Shown here piece after piece: positions 38,226 through 53,335 of a stretch of DNA of 64,000 bases; positions within the stretch are counted from its first letter, which is position 1, and each line of letters starts with the position of its first letter. Origin of the DNA: Eledone cirrhosa. Taxonomy: Eukaryota. The notes below the pieces were generated by a model. The model was not told the DNA's origin and ran no database searches. It was given only the letters and a program-made list of their open reading frames with translations. The stretch spans positions 55,862,001 through 55,926,000 of the forward strand of contig OZ024745.1 in NCBI GenBank assembly GCA_964016885.1, read 5' to 3'. The position numbers and the translations under genes are program-made.

Positions 38226-39035
38226 AGTATAAATGTTTGTGCTATAAGACGAATGACATATATAATCAGATTGCGTGACTTGTTCTTATTTAATAAGCAT
38301 ATAAATTTAGACATATGCTAATATCCTTTTAATACGAGTGATTAATTGCAAATAGTGATGTGATACACATTTATTTGCAATCTATAAACTACAGCGCTAT
38401 ATCACCGTGCAGCAATTATGCATTTGCATGTAGACTCACATATTTTTTAATGGGGGCTATCGGCTAGTGAGCAGCTATTAAGTAATATTTCTCAGACCGT
38501 TTATGATATTATCTATATTTTTCCTCCTAAACTTGATAACTAGTTAGACCCGGGTCAGCACAGTCCACTTCAATATATGTTCAAAACATTAGAACTGATA
38601 TCCTACTGTCGTTTATTCGAGGCGAGTAACTTTCTATATAGATAATACACACAAACACAAGGATATGTTCCGAACATGGAAGAGACCAACTCGCACTGCC
38701 ATCGCCTCTATCTCTCTCGCCTTCCCCATTTCTTTGTAGGGTGAGAAAATGGGGTCCTACGTGCTGGCTTCCCCACAGACCCTGTTGTCTCTAACAATAT
38801 GTATGGGAAATAGGATGTGATTTGAGAGAGAGTTACCATCGAATTCCGAATGTAAGGTTTAATTCTTAGTTTGGCTTAATGTTCCCGATGTTGACAGATA
38901 TCTCTCTATTGATTGTATTACGTTTTCTCATGTTCTCAATATTAGGGTATACATATTGAGTTTTCTCATAAGTTAATCACTACCTTGATTAAATCTTAAC
39001 CATCTACCGTGTCAGGGTATGTCATGTATCATTTT

Positions 39036-39100
39036 ATTTTATCTGATGAGGACGTACTGTTGAACTTAATTAAGTACCTCTGAAATATGTATAATAAAAT
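39036..39100 (+). ncRNA. Type I hammerhead ribozyme in a PLE pLTR remnant
   Basis: attttat-CTGATGA-ggacgtact...agtacctct-GAAA-tatgta-TA-ataaaat. Confidence 0.75.
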
Positions 39101-39285
39101 ATAATTGATCACAAGAATATCTATTTTGTTAATATTTGGAATTAATATATATATATACATATATATGGCAAAAATGAAATTTCATTTCTCACACTTAGTA
39201 AGGCTGATACTTAAATATAAGTATGTATACGTACATAGATATATGTATACAGACGTACAGTAGTATGTATATAAATACATACATG

Positions 39286-39316
<31 letters not shown>

Positions 39317-39519
39317 GTACGTATGGGTTTACCGAACATTTATTATAATGTAAACAAACAGCCCGAATTAATCCGTACAGTGTTCGGCAACCATTGTTGC
39401 CCTTTTGTTCAACACTGACTTATATTTGTTCAATACATACTTATATTTATATATATATATATATTTATATATACGCACATACATATATACATACAAACAT
39501 ATATATAGATATTTAGATA

Positions 39520-39690
<171 letters not shown>

Positions 39691-39871
39691 CTTGTGCGTG
39701 TGTGTTTACATAAATTTCGAATCGTATACCGCGCTTGTTCTAATTTTGCGATAAAACATGCTAATGTTTCTGCGTAAAGAAAGATATACATTATTGTAAG
39801 AGCGTGTTTTATTTTAATCAATAATCAGCTTGAAATAAGCAGCATCTTGTAATTAAGTTTTACATTATATA

Positions 39872-41420
39872 ATGAGTTTTATCGACATATTTTATTAATC
39901 TATGTCTAGGACGGAACAGCAGAAGTCTATATTTTATAAGATCATTAAAGATTATAATTGAAATGTACAGAGAAAACGGAAGCAAAATTGAACAAAAGAT
40001 AAAATATCGTAATTTCTAAATGGAAATTGATATTCGAAATTCAATAGATTATTTCCTTTTTACACCTGATGTATTTTGACCGGACATTATTGTTACGTAT
40101 TTTTTCATAGTAACAATGACAATAAATAATTGGTTTGATTGAATCACAGCAGGAAAAGCAAGAGAGTAACAAATGAAGACTTAAACGCCTGGAGAGAATA
40201 TTTTTGCAAAGAAATTACACACTCAGTTATACGTTCTTTCAGAAACACACATACAGTACCCAACCCAACCATCACAGACACACGCACACACTCGCACGAA
40301 CACACACACGCACACACACACACGCATATACACACACATACACACATATATATGTTATGTGTGTGTGTGTGCGTATCTGTTTGTGTGTGCGTGTGGGCGG
40401 TTTTGTATGTATATATATTTAGATAGTGTTAATCGAGACTGCGTAAATAAGTATATAAATTGACACATTGAGTAAACGTGTCAAATATATATATACTTAA
40501 GTGTAAATTGAAATTAAAATAATAACTGTTTCTACTTTAGGCACAAGGCCAGCAATTACCCAGTGCATTACTGGTACTTTATTTTATCGACCCCGTAAGG
40601 ATGAAAGGTAAAGTCAACCTCGGCGGGATTTGAACTCAGATTGTAAAGGGACGTAACTATGCTGGAAAGCATGGCGTCTGACTCTACCGATACTGCCAAT
40701 CCACCAACTTCCTTTGATTGGTTTTAGAACAATTTAGGGATGGTCACATCAGAAAGCATGTATGGTATATAATGTACATCTGCTAAGAAATATGTTATTG
40801 AAGGTCATTTCACTTATAGTAGCATCATCAATTTGACGTCCTTTCTGCATATTATTAGCGCGACTAATGGGCGGATGTTCATATTACTGAAGACGAAGTT
40901 TCACACGTGGTACGTGAATCCTTGCTCTATAAGTTATTTCGAGAAAAGTGGCATGTAAATACAACTTGTTTCATGTACGATCAAGGCAGGACTGAAATGG
41001 CATAAACTACAGTACAGTAGATACACATAAATGCAATACATATTCAAGACTGTAACATTAGTACGTCACAATTTATTGTGTGGAAGATGAAGCCATAAAT
41101 AGTGTGACTGATATAGGTGCATGTCGAATTTTCCTGGTCAAAACAACAACTGACGACAATATATTTTCTTATTATACGTTTTCTTTACATGTTTAAAGAA
41201 GAAAGATGGACATTAAGAAATGTCGTTTTTCACAATGTATGAAATACAAGTTGTTGTGGATGGTGTAATTGAAGGGGTGACTATTGGAATGGAGAAAATA
41301 TTGTTGATAGAATCGTATCTCATATGTAGTTGTAAGCCACGTTCACATTGTCTGTATCAACCATCCTACATCTAATTCTGCTACAAACAACTCCCGTTTC
41401 TTTAGCCACAGCCCCACCAA
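39872..41420 (+). pseudogene. Relic ORF interrupted by microsatellites and a SINE, candidate endogenous viral gene
   Basis: TTAAG at 39853, ATG at 39872: MSFIDIFY*SMSRTEQQKSIFYKIIKDY. Later segments VTNEDLNAWREYFCKEI and WADVHITEDEVSHVVRESLLYKLFREKWHVNTTCFMYDQG. Confidence 0.4.
40519..40705 (-). mobile_element. tRNA-derived SINE
   Basis: Family match. Confidence 0.9.
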
Positions 41421-41694
41421 AGCTAAGGCAATGTGTATAACCGCGAGTATAAGCAATTATTTTAAAATGTTGTTTTGTCTCTCTCTCGCTCTCGCTATCT
41501 ATCTATCTCTATCTATCTATCTATCTATTTAACTATCTATCTATGGATCTCTATTTCTGTTTTGATCACCAAAACAACCTGTTCGTGAAATTAGCGTGTA
41601 TTCACCTGAGCATTCACCCTTCACGTATTTCATAAGGAGATTCACAGGGACATTGTTCTCTGACAAAACTAACCCTTTGAATTACATATGCAAC

Positions 41695-41832
41695 GCATCC
41701 TACGGGTTTCGAAAGAGTTTCCATCTCTCAAATTACAGTCACAATGCATGGGTTGATCATGATACGATGCAGTGAGATCGAATCTGAGACATTCGTGACT
41801 GCGAAGCGAAATTCTTTATTATTCGCCCACGC
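41695..41832 (-). mobile_element. Highly degenerate second tRNA-SINE family
   Basis: Minus strand ttcgcttcgcagtcacg...gattcgatctcactgc...gatggaaact...ccgt. Confidence 0.4.
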
Positions 41833-42764
41833 TTCATCCACAACACAAAGTAAAGTTATTTTAGACAATTAGTAATATTTATGGTGTATAATCGGTACGA
41901 ACTAGTCAAAATTATTTCACATATATCATAGCATAGCTGACATCTGAACTGAAATGCTATTTTAATGCTCTAAAGATAGGTAAATTCCATTCGTCATTGC
42001 TTCCTTCATATTCAATATTGATATATTTATTCATTCATTGATTCCAATTCCACTACTATTGCCATCATAACAAATGGTCACAGTATTACGAACAAAGATT
42101 TGCGGATAATCATGATCATCAATATCAACAGCAACAACACTCCTTGTTTTCTTCCATGGATGCGAAGAAGACTAAAGGGTTTACAGCTGTCAAGAACAAC
42201 TGTCACGGGAGCGCAATCTGTGATATTTTATGTCAAAACTATTGTGACAAAAAGAGCTCATTTGTTGTGCAAATTACTTTCAGTGGCAGGTGTTTATTGA
42301 GTATGAACTAAATGAGGCCACCAAGAGTTTAAAGCAAGAAAACATGGTAATAAAGATAATCACATTGAAAACAATAAATTTGTGCGAAGAGTGCAACTCA
42401 CTTGTTTCCTAGGAAACAATGGCATCATGCGTATTGATTTAAGAATTCTAATATGGTGTAAATAAAGAAATAGTCTGGGAAGGAACAAGATTTTTTTCTC
42501 TTCATTTCTATCAATCTTTTCAAATAATGCATTGTATTTTCACATTGTACTCTAATCTATAAAATGCATTTTTTTCCTTCTGAATAATAATCAATATTTG
42601 CGTAGATGGCTATAGACACTGTAACTGATTGTTATTCCTGAACAAAAATCTATATTTTTTTAGATGTTCATTTTTTACTTCGGAAATATAGTTGATGCCG
42701 AAACAACAAATGTACAAGTTGAAAATAGGATAAAAATGTCTCACAACTATCGTCATTCAAAATA

Positions 42765-43112
42765 ATGATTTCATTTATTGGCCACAAGGGCCGACATATA
42801 GGGGACAATACAAAAGACTGGGATAGCGGGGTTTTACAGAAAAATCGAGAAAAACAATATGAATAACAATAACAAAGTAACAATAAAAGTGCAACAAGAA
42901 AAATTCCCCAATAGGGGGTATGACAACCCAGGATTCGCTCAGGTACCCCACCAATCCTGAACGACCCGACGCTTCGAGAACACCCTGGAAGTGCACCCCT
43001 CTCCTCATCAAATTTACCTACCTACAGGCGCATGACCATTTCACACGGCCTATTCTCGCCACATTCACCCACCTTTCAGCAAATGTACTGGGGGGCAACA
43101 CTTCTCTGGCCA
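42765..43112 (-). mobile_element. L1/Tx1-like LINE 3' end
   Basis: REVLPPSTFAERWVNVARI, then a pyrimidine-rich 3'UTR ending ggccAATAAAtgaaat. Confidence 0.6.
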
Positions 43113-43124
43113 CCACTACTACCA

Positions 43125-43415
43125 ATAATAATAATTGTTTCTACATTAGACATAAGACCAGAAATTTGAATGGGAGGGGCAAGTCGATTGAATAAACCCC
43201 AGTGTAATACTGGTGCTTTATTTTATCGACCCCCGTAAAGATAAAAAGCAAGGCTACCAATAATAATAATTGTTTCTACATTTGGCACAAGGCCAGCAAT
43301 TACACAGTACATTACTGGTACTTTATTTTATTGACCGCGTAAGGATGAAAGGCAAAGTTAACCTCGGCGGGATTTGAACGTTGCCTTTCATCCTTACGGG
43401 TTTCAATAATAATAA
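43125..43415 (-). mobile_element. Cluster of truncated SINE copies (two minus, one short plus)
   Basis: Family matches at 43125-43255, 43259-43379 and 43381-43400, separated by (AAT)n. Confidence 0.8.
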
Positions 43416-43885
43416 TAAAACAACAATGGGCTCGCAGGTAGATCGGACAACAGACGGTGTCTATTTTGGCGTTTACGTTTTCTTTAATTATATATTCCCA
43501 AACATCAAATTCGACCAAACATTACACCACTGGTCTCTGAAAAAACAACGCGAGTCTATAACTCGTTTTTTTTCATTATATATATATATATAATGTCCTT
43601 GTCTGGCTTTCTGGAGAATAGAGGAAAGGTGTTTCCTCGAAAACCAGTATGACTCTAAAAACCGGTTTGTCTGTGTGTTTACATACAGAATAGCTGGGTT
43701 GCTCACAGTAAAGTAACCAGTGAAAGACTTGTTACATCTACATATGTATACGTGTGTGTATTCATATGCACACTAGTATTTCAGTATGCATATGTAGATG
43801 TACATTTTTAACTTAATTGTTTAAGCGTCAGTCATACAAAAGTGAGTTACAAACGAAACGAAATTTAATTTCGTTTCGTTATTTG

Positions 43886-43935
<50 letters not shown>

Positions 43936-43938
<3 letters not shown>

Positions 43939-44120
43939 CGAAGGAAATGTGGTGGACCATAACGCACCAAAGTACTCAATACGTAGGGTAGTAGAGTGGG
44001 TAATAGGAACGAGTAGGACCCCGACGGCTGAGCTCAAGCCGTTTCGTCGGCTAATTCTTAGTCCAGAATTAGCCGTCGAAACGGCTTGAACACAGCCGTC
44101 GGGGTCCTACTCGTTCCTAT
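43936..44120. mobile_element. Fold-back mini-element (652 family)
   Basis: Hairpin 44003-44120, flanked by (TA)n. Confidence 0.75.
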
Positions 44121-44475
44121 ATATATATATATATATATATACATAAATATATATGGGATAACAAATTATCCTTATTGGTAATCCAGTTAGAGGTTATGAA
44201 TACTCCGTATTGTGGATAGTTTTAGCGTACGGCGTTGTTTGACTCAACAAGAGGTTTCCTTAGGTAGCGAGTTTCTGAGTTCTCGGGTATTCCTATGCAA
44301 GTTCATCTTGGAGTAATAATAGTCAAAGAGTGAAGAATAACATGGTCAACAGTACAAAAGGGTTTTTATTTACAGTATTAACAATTGTTTTATTGATTAA
44401 GTTGTCTAAACATTGCTAATCACGTGAAGTTGTGAGGTTATGATGTTGATTCATTGATTAGTTGATTTGACAGTT

Positions 44476-44851
44476 AATAATAATAATTGTTTCTACTTGT
44501 GGCACAAGGCCAGCAATTACCTCAGTGTATTACTGGTACTTTATTTTATCAACTCCGTAAGGATAAAAGGCAAAAAGTTAACCTCGGCGGTATTTGAACT
44601 CAGATCATAAAGGGCCGTAATTGCCGATACTGTCAATCCACCGCCCATTTAATAATTATAATAATTGTTTCTACTTTAGGCACAAGGCCAGCAAATACCC
44701 AGTGCATTACTGGTACTGTTTTTTATCGACCCCGTAAGGATGAAAGGCAAAGTCAACCTCGACGGGATTTGAACTCAGATCGTAAAGGCACGTAACTATG
44801 CTGGAAAGCTTGGCGTCCGACCCTCTACCGATACTGCCAATCCACCGCCCT
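44476..44851 (-). mobile_element. Two tandem SINE copies inserted in the PLE 3'UTR
   Basis: 44476-44646 and 44660-44851, in (AAT)-rich sites. Confidence 0.9.
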
Positions 44852-44914
44852 CATAATTTAATAATTATAATAATTTAATAATTATAATAATGGGTTATTA
44901 TAATAGACTCAGGT

Positions 44915-47140
44915 GGTACAATTTGCGAATTTACAGAAAATTGACCGTTCAATTTTCCTGTTAAGCAGCATTTTGTCATATTTTAAAATATGGAGCAACA
45001 CCATATTGCAAAGTCCTCAGTGGGTCATTCCATTTCTGTAGGCCTTTGCCCCTGACAATTTCGACCAACTAATCCAGTATTCTTGGCTTGTATCTTTAAG
45101 CTGCCAGATTTTACTTGCGAGCGTTGTTGTGTTCATTAGTCTACGGTTCTTTATAAAATGTCTGTGAACGTACCATCTTTTTTTAACTCCCTCGCCGTAG
45201 AACCTATGTAGCGCTATGCTAAGTTGCCTGAATTTATAGTACAATGTGCACTATATTTGACACCAGGCATCTATTTTGTAGTGGGCACTTATCCGGTAAG
45301 TGACAGTTACATGTTGAGTCTTTTCTGTGCGCCGGTTCAACGATGCGGTTTTGTATGTTGTTATGTATGGGCTGAGATTTTGGTTTGTTGATGTTTAGTT
45401 GTGATGCGTTTTGACGTGTGTGTGGTTGTGCTGTTGTTATGTCTTTGTGTTTTGTATTTGGTGTTATGGTGTTTGTTTGTAGGTTATTTGTATTAGAGAT
45501 TCTTTTATAATTAATTTTATGTATGTTTGATTCTATGTTGGTTGCATTAGAGTAATATAGTTTGATAGTATTTCTATTAAAGATTTTATAGTATTTGTGA
45601 ATTTTAGGGAAGTGCTTGTCAATTAATTTGAAGAATATAGAAGGTAGTTTGGTTTTTATAGAGGAGTTAAATGTGGATTGAACCATAAGTATTTCCTATC
45701 TCTAGATCTTCTATAGTTCCTAGGGGTCCTTATATTAATATTCGGTTCATTTATTTCTGGTACTCGTTGTCTATTTCTATGTTTAGTCCTATATTTGTTA
45801 ATTTTATAGTTGTGGGTGGTGCTATTGCTGCTAAGTGTGTTGTTGTTATTTGTATCTGGTATGTATTTGAGCCTCTCTTTGTGGCCTGCTTAAGTAAAGC
45901 TATGTTGTAGTAGTTCGCGTGTTCATTCAAAATCTCTAGGTTAGAAGATAAGCGTGAAATTCTAAGGGATATACTATGTGCTATGGAGTTAATTATGGAA
46001 CGAGGGTGGTTTTAGGTATAACTAATGTAGGCTACATTTCCGTTATTTTTATGGAAGGGCTCTATTAGTCCTGTGTTTAGGTTGAGTGATAGATCGAGGA
46101 AGTTAGCTTTTTTAGAGTTGAGTTAGAAAGTGATGCTTGGGCCTAGTTTATTGAAGAAGGTTATAATCTGTTTACGTAATCTTTCCAAGTTTTGATTATT
46201 TAAGTTTTCAGCTAAAGGTAGTGTATCGTCTCTATAAATTCCTCGTTGGAGGTTATCAAATTTCTCATGTAGGATATGTGCTATATATATTCCAACCATG
46301 TCTGTTACTTGAGCTGAGTCGTTAGATCCCATAGGGATATAAACTGTCAGAATTTTCTTTCCCAGTAACTATTATCGAACCTAATGATAGTTCTTCTAGC
46401 AACTAGTATTATTCTAATTTCATCAGAGGATAGGTCCGAGTTTTGTTGTGCAAAGGTTAATGCCTCATTTAGGGTGACTGGGGAAATAGAGGAGTAGTAG
46501 TCATTGATGTCAAACTGTATGAATGCGGATGTTTCCTTATTGTCTAATTTGCTAAACCAATCTATTGCTTCGTTAGTGTTACTCCAAAGATTAATTATTA
46601 GATTCATTTGTGGTATTATTCTATCTAGTATATACTTGCTAATTCTACCTATATCCGATTTCGATCGGCATTTTCATCTAATAGTAGGGTCAGTTTCGAA
46701 GTTGCATTTATGATCTTTCAAATTAAATGTGGGTTTACAAGGGCTCAGGGGCTCGGTTCTATCAGATGTTTTCAGATTTTGTACTATGTTAAGTCCTTCC
46801 TTAGGAATGTTAGTGAGTGTAGACTCCGTAGTTTTCTTGTATTTTTTGTGTAATTCCCGGCGTATTAAGTTATCGTATGTATTAAGGCTCGTGGTTTATA
46901 CGTTTGATGTTTTGTCTGCCTTTACTATAATACCATTGGTGTTACGCAATTTCTTTAGTAGTGCATTGATGTCATTTTGCAGTTTGTTGTAATGTGTCGG
47001 TTTTCTAAAATTTAGTTCCGTTAATCATATTCAAAGGCATCAAGTTGGTGGTTGTTCGGTGGATTTTTGCAGGATTTGAACCCATATTTTTCACTGGTAA
47101 ATTCAACATTGTTATTATTAGTATGTCCTTTATCGTAATG
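44915..47140 (-). pseudogene. Naiad PLE RT plus GIY-YIG ORF (frameshifted)
   Basis: YGFKS..PP, IIVKADKT, LKDHK, FIQFDINDYYSSI, MGSNDSAQ, GIYRDD, NFLD, NHP, HKYYKIFNRNTIKLYYS, CNCHLPDKCPLQNRC, TTLASKIWQLK, H*GLC. Confidence 0.92.
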
Positions 47141-47726
47141 ATAACAGCAAAATTGAACGGTCAATTTTCTGTAGGCATAAAGCAGCTACTAAATTCGTTA
47201 ATTTCAAACGATCTTGATTCGACCCAACAATGCCATAATTCAAATTGTACCACCTGAGTATATTATTGTTATTAACTATCAATAAATCAACTAATCAATG
47301 AATCAACATCATAACCTCCTAACTTTTCTCTCTTTCACTCTCTTTCCCTAAATCTATTTCACCTCTTATATTATATCCTATCGTATTCTCTTCACTTGTA
47401 ACATAACTTCCAATTTATTAATTTATTAATTTAAACAATACATATATGTATATATTTAGTATTTTCATGTTTATACCATCACATCTTTATATTTTAACCG
47501 CCAACACCACAACTATTTTCAACAATCATATCATGTTCACTTTTCTTGGCACACATATACATTTTTTTATTTATTTTTTATCAACTTCATTATAACTTAT
47601 TTATTATTATATTTTTTTGTTTTAATCTTTTTTTCTTATTTTTTTTTCTCTCTATCTTTTTCATTTATTACTGATGTAATTTGAATTTCCCCAGTATATT
47701 ACAAACACCGTGTATAATTTTAACCA

Positions 47727-47850
47727 GTTTTTCTGATGATTTGGTTAAGCATACATTGTATTTAAAATTGAGTGACATAACCTCGCAGGGACTCTATATC
47801 TTTATGATGTATTGTTTTTGTTTATGCCACGAAACTACGTAGTCGAGGAA
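47727..47850 (+). ncRNA. Hammerhead motif with long stem II in the inverted pLTR
   Basis: ttttt-CTGATGA-tttgg...ccac-GAAA-ctacgtag-TC-gagga, with palindromic stem III. Confidence 0.65.
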
Positions 47851-47912
47851 TCTAGGAGCAGTTTAGGTATGATACATTTTATTACTAATTATATCTAAAT
47901 GTTTCTTCTCTC

Positions 47913-48107
<195 letters not shown>

Positions 48108-48121
48108 ATATATATATATGT

Positions 48122-48175
<54 letters not shown>

Positions 48176-48184
48176 ATATATATG

Positions 48185-48228
<44 letters not shown>

Positions 48229-48267
48229 TATACATATATATATGTATGTATATATATATACATATAT

Positions 48268-48297
<30 letters not shown>

Positions 48298-48299
<2 letters not shown>

Positions 48300-48667
48300 C
48301 AATATTAAATAGATGGAAAACTATATTTATAAAACCATATTTATTTCATTATATATATTTCGGGGATATCATATTAACAATATGCTATGCCTTCATCAGA
48401 CAAAATACAATATAAACAGTTTTATGGACAAATAGGTTCGACATACCGTTATAACACCGACTTCATTTGAATAGGTTTACCAGAGTAAACCTCTTCAAAT
48501 GAAGTCGGTGTTATAACGGTATGTCGAACCTATTTGTCTATAAAACTGTTTATATTGTATTTTGTCTGATGAAGGCATAGCATATTGTTAATATGATATC
48601 CCCGAAATATATATAATGAAATAAATATGGTTTTATAAATATAGTTTTCCATTTATTTAATATTGTA
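48298..48667. mobile_element. ~370-bp near-perfect palindrome with a hammerhead in each arm
   Basis: Arms centred at ~48482. Hammerheads at 48558-48623 (+) and 48342-48407 (-). Tail shared with 20730-20772. Confidence 0.88.
48558..48623 (+). ncRNA. Type I hammerhead ribozyme
   Basis: tattttgt-CTGATGA-aggcatagcatattgttaatatgatatcccc-GAAA-tatata-TA-atgaaata. Confidence 0.75.
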
Positions 48668-48752
48668 AATATACTCCAAATATTTGTCGAGTGCTTTTAT
48701 ACCAGTTATAAATATTTACTAGTTGTAACCCAACAATTTTAAATATAACTTT

Positions 48753-48919
<167 letters not shown>

Positions 48920-49153
48920 TATATGTATGTATATATATATATATGTATACATATATATATATGTATATATATATGTATATATATATATATATATATATAC
49001 ATATATATATGTATGTATATATATATATATATGTATACATATATATATGTATGTATATATACATATATATATCTATATACATATATGTATATATATATAT
49101 ATATATATGTATACATATATATATGTATGTATATATATATATGTATATATACA

Positions 49154-49265
<112 letters not shown>

Positions 49266-49269
49266 TGTA

Positions 49270-49660
<391 letters not shown>

Positions 49661-49699
49661 ATACTTTGGGAGGGTCATGTTGCCAAATTCAGAAACGAA

Positions 49700-49928
<229 letters not shown>

Positions 49929-49929
49929 C

Positions 49930-50075
<146 letters not shown>

Positions 50076-50759
50076 CGAGATAGATAGATATATGTGTGCG
50101 TGCGTAATTTATGTATCAATCTGTGTTGAATTAAACATACTTCACAGAAACAACAACAAACGAAAAACCAATAATGACCCCATTTACACCTGACACTCAA
50201 CAAAAAAAAAAAAAACTATAAAATACAACGCAAAACAACATGAAGGTGAAGCAACTCTAATAAGCTACAATTTCACCCTCGTCACTACCACTCACAACAC
50301 CCCACTCCAACATCAATCTCCCCGTTACCACCACTAACACCACTCTTACCACAGAAATATTTGAGAAAATTCTCTTACACCTCTTACAACCGCAACCATA
50401 ACAACATCACCTAAATCAACAACAGCAATGAACATAACTATACTGTCCTTATAATGGTATTTCACTGCTGGCCAACTGGAGCACTAACCAAAGAGCAGGG
50501 CTACATTCCATGGACATCCAATTCCATGCGTAACGCAAGCATGAATTGCAAGAAAAAAAAGAATAATTAATACATAACCTCAAATCTCTTCTGTTTTTAA
50601 TCAGGAAGTGCATGCCTCGGGAAGGTGCCAAACTATGATTGAAAATTCTATCCTGACTTCTCCGATTACGGACCTAGATGGTCACTTGAACGGGGATTGC
50701 CCCAGCTCAAGGATTATCTCTGCAAAAATGATATCCCTCCATGAATTAATGTGTGGATG

Positions 50760-50935
<176 letters not shown>

Positions 50936-51159
50936 AATGAATGAGTATATCTATATACAAATGTGTGTGGGTATATGTGGGAATATATATATATTATATA
51001 TTGTTTTATTTTCTGGATTTTAAGCTGTGAATTATAATCAATGTGGTATGTTAATTGACTTAACAATGTATACAGTGACTTTGATTGCCCTAGGAAGACA
51101 CTCGGCATATGATGGAAACAATACTGAAGGAAAAGAAAAAAACAACAATAATAATAATA

Positions 51160-52285
51160 AATGCACCACCCTAAAGCCGATGTACATAAACTGTATATAT
51201 CAAGGAGAGAATGTGGGGGTTCCTACAATTGGAAACTGCATAAAAACCTGCAACCATTTGATTGGATAGCTACCTCCACCTCACTCGATATGAATTTCTT
51301 ACGCCTGTACTCAAGCATGAAAGAATTAAGTAGCTACACTCCATAACAACAGTGGCAAGAAAATTTAGGCAAAAACTGAAAATCAACAACAGAGTGCTGA
51401 ACAGCTAGCTATGACTGTAAATTTCAAAGCAAATAAATTCCAAACAGAGAAACTAAACCATGAATGGAAGGCTAACCCACTACATTGTAGATTCTCTGAC
51501 TATGATATTGATCAGCGTGTTTCACTATTCTGGCTCAGAAGTGCTGGTTTTCAAGCAGAGACTGGCGGACTCTCAGTTGCTGCACAAGACCAATATCTAA
51601 ACTCTCGAGCCTATAGACACGGAATAGTGATAAATGAGATAAGCACTCTATGAAGAATATGCTACAAATACAAAGAAAAAGTAGAAAATGTTATTTCCGG
51701 GTGTCCAAATCTGGCGAAAACAGACTATATACAAAGACAAACCGCTTTGCCAAATATGTGCACTGGATGCTCTGCTGCTCTCATGACATCCAAACGAATG
51801 ACAAATTGTATGTACATCAACCAAAAACAGTCATAGAAAAGAGCAAAATATCCATCTTGTGGGATATGCCTGTGATAACTGACCGTGAAATCGCTGCCAA
51901 CAGACCAGATAGCATTATATAAAGTAAAACAGATCAGACATGTAGCCTTATAGATATTTTCGTACCAGCTGACAAGAATACATCAGTAAAAACAATGGCA
52001 AACCCGTCAAAATGCAAAGGCCTGGAAATAGAGATCAACTCGATATAGAGGATGACCACAAACACTGAACCTATGGTATTAGGAGCATTAAGATTTATAT
52101 CCAAATCATCAGACCTGTAAGATCAGCAAATATGTGCTAGAGATGATCGGGCTACTAGGAACAGCACATATTCTGAGAAGAGTTTTCTCTCTACAATGAG
52201 AAGTTATATTGTGCTAGGTTCAAGGCCTGAACCCAACAACATAGAATCAGATCTTATCTAAACGGAAAAATAATAAATACAATAA
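51160..52285 (+). mobile_element. R4/Dong LINE 3' part (CCHC plus restriction-like endonuclease), decayed
   Basis: MHHPKADV..LY, WLRSAGFQAETGG...AAQDQ, RIC...VISGC, ILWDMPVITDREIAANRPD, LIDI.VP. Begins after (AAT)n and ends in an AAT-rich tail. Confidence 0.9.
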
Positions 52286-52289
52286 TAAT

Positions 52290-53335
52290 TGCCTTCACAC
52301 ATCATACAAAATTCACACAGAGACAACCTACAAATTTATGAATGAAAATTATCTATTGCCTATTGAGCAGAAAGTTTGTAGCCGTGAGCGTTCCGGTTAC
52401 AAGAAACAACGTCTCATTAACCACCTGATTCTGGAAAATTGTCATAAAATGTATGCTTGGTTTGATTATAGCACTGTGTTCCCCCACACATGGATTTTGA
52501 AAACTTTGGATGTTCTGAGGATTTCCCCAGTAATATTAAACTTCCTAAAATACGTGTCTAAATGGAATACAAACATATCATTGCTACACAGTGATGCAAT
52601 TATAAATTCCATCATGAAAGAGAGAACCAGGAAGGAATGCTATCGGAGAGTACCTGCAGTCATGAAAACGTATTGGTTAAAGACAGAGAGTGAAGGCTTC
52701 ATTTTGGCTGTAGAAGACTAGTGTCTCCCAATGCATAACTTTCAAGCCAATCTGATCAGAAATGGAATTGACCAAATTTGACGATTCCGTGATGAGCATA
52801 GTGAGACTATAGAACACTTGTTTGCAGACTGCAAGGTATTAGCTGCCCCGGAATATGAAACGAGGCTCGATAGAGTAGGTCAGTACATACACTCAGTAAT
52901 GTGCAAGTGTTATTGTCTGAAAACGGAGGGAAATTGTTACAACCATCTCCAGCGTCAGTAATAGGAGGTTTGAACGTAACAATCCTCTGGGATTTGCTTG
53001 TGAATACTGACAGAGAAATCTAGGCCAATGAACCTGATATAATCGTGAAAGACCATAAGGAGAAAAATTGTTTTCTAGTTGACATGAGCATTCAGATCCT
53101 ACAATACCCATGATAGTCGGTGCACCAGGAATGATAAAATAATGGTACTGAAAAATATTTCGCCTGAATAACTGGAAAGCCATCTCTGTAAGATATACAG
53201 AAAATAGTGGTGACAGGAACTGCCCATGTCTTGAGAAGTGCATTATCAATATAAAAACTTTGCAAGGACATTTACTGTTTGTGCCCAGCATGATTTGGGA
53301 AAAATGTATAACTCAAAGGAAGTTTCAAATAATAA
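52290..53335 (+). mobile_element. Second, internally deleted R4/Dong copy
   Basis: LLPIEQK, AWFDY...PHTWI, KECYRRV, WLKTESEGFILA, ETIEHLFADC, ILWD...TDREI...PDII. Confidence 0.85.
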
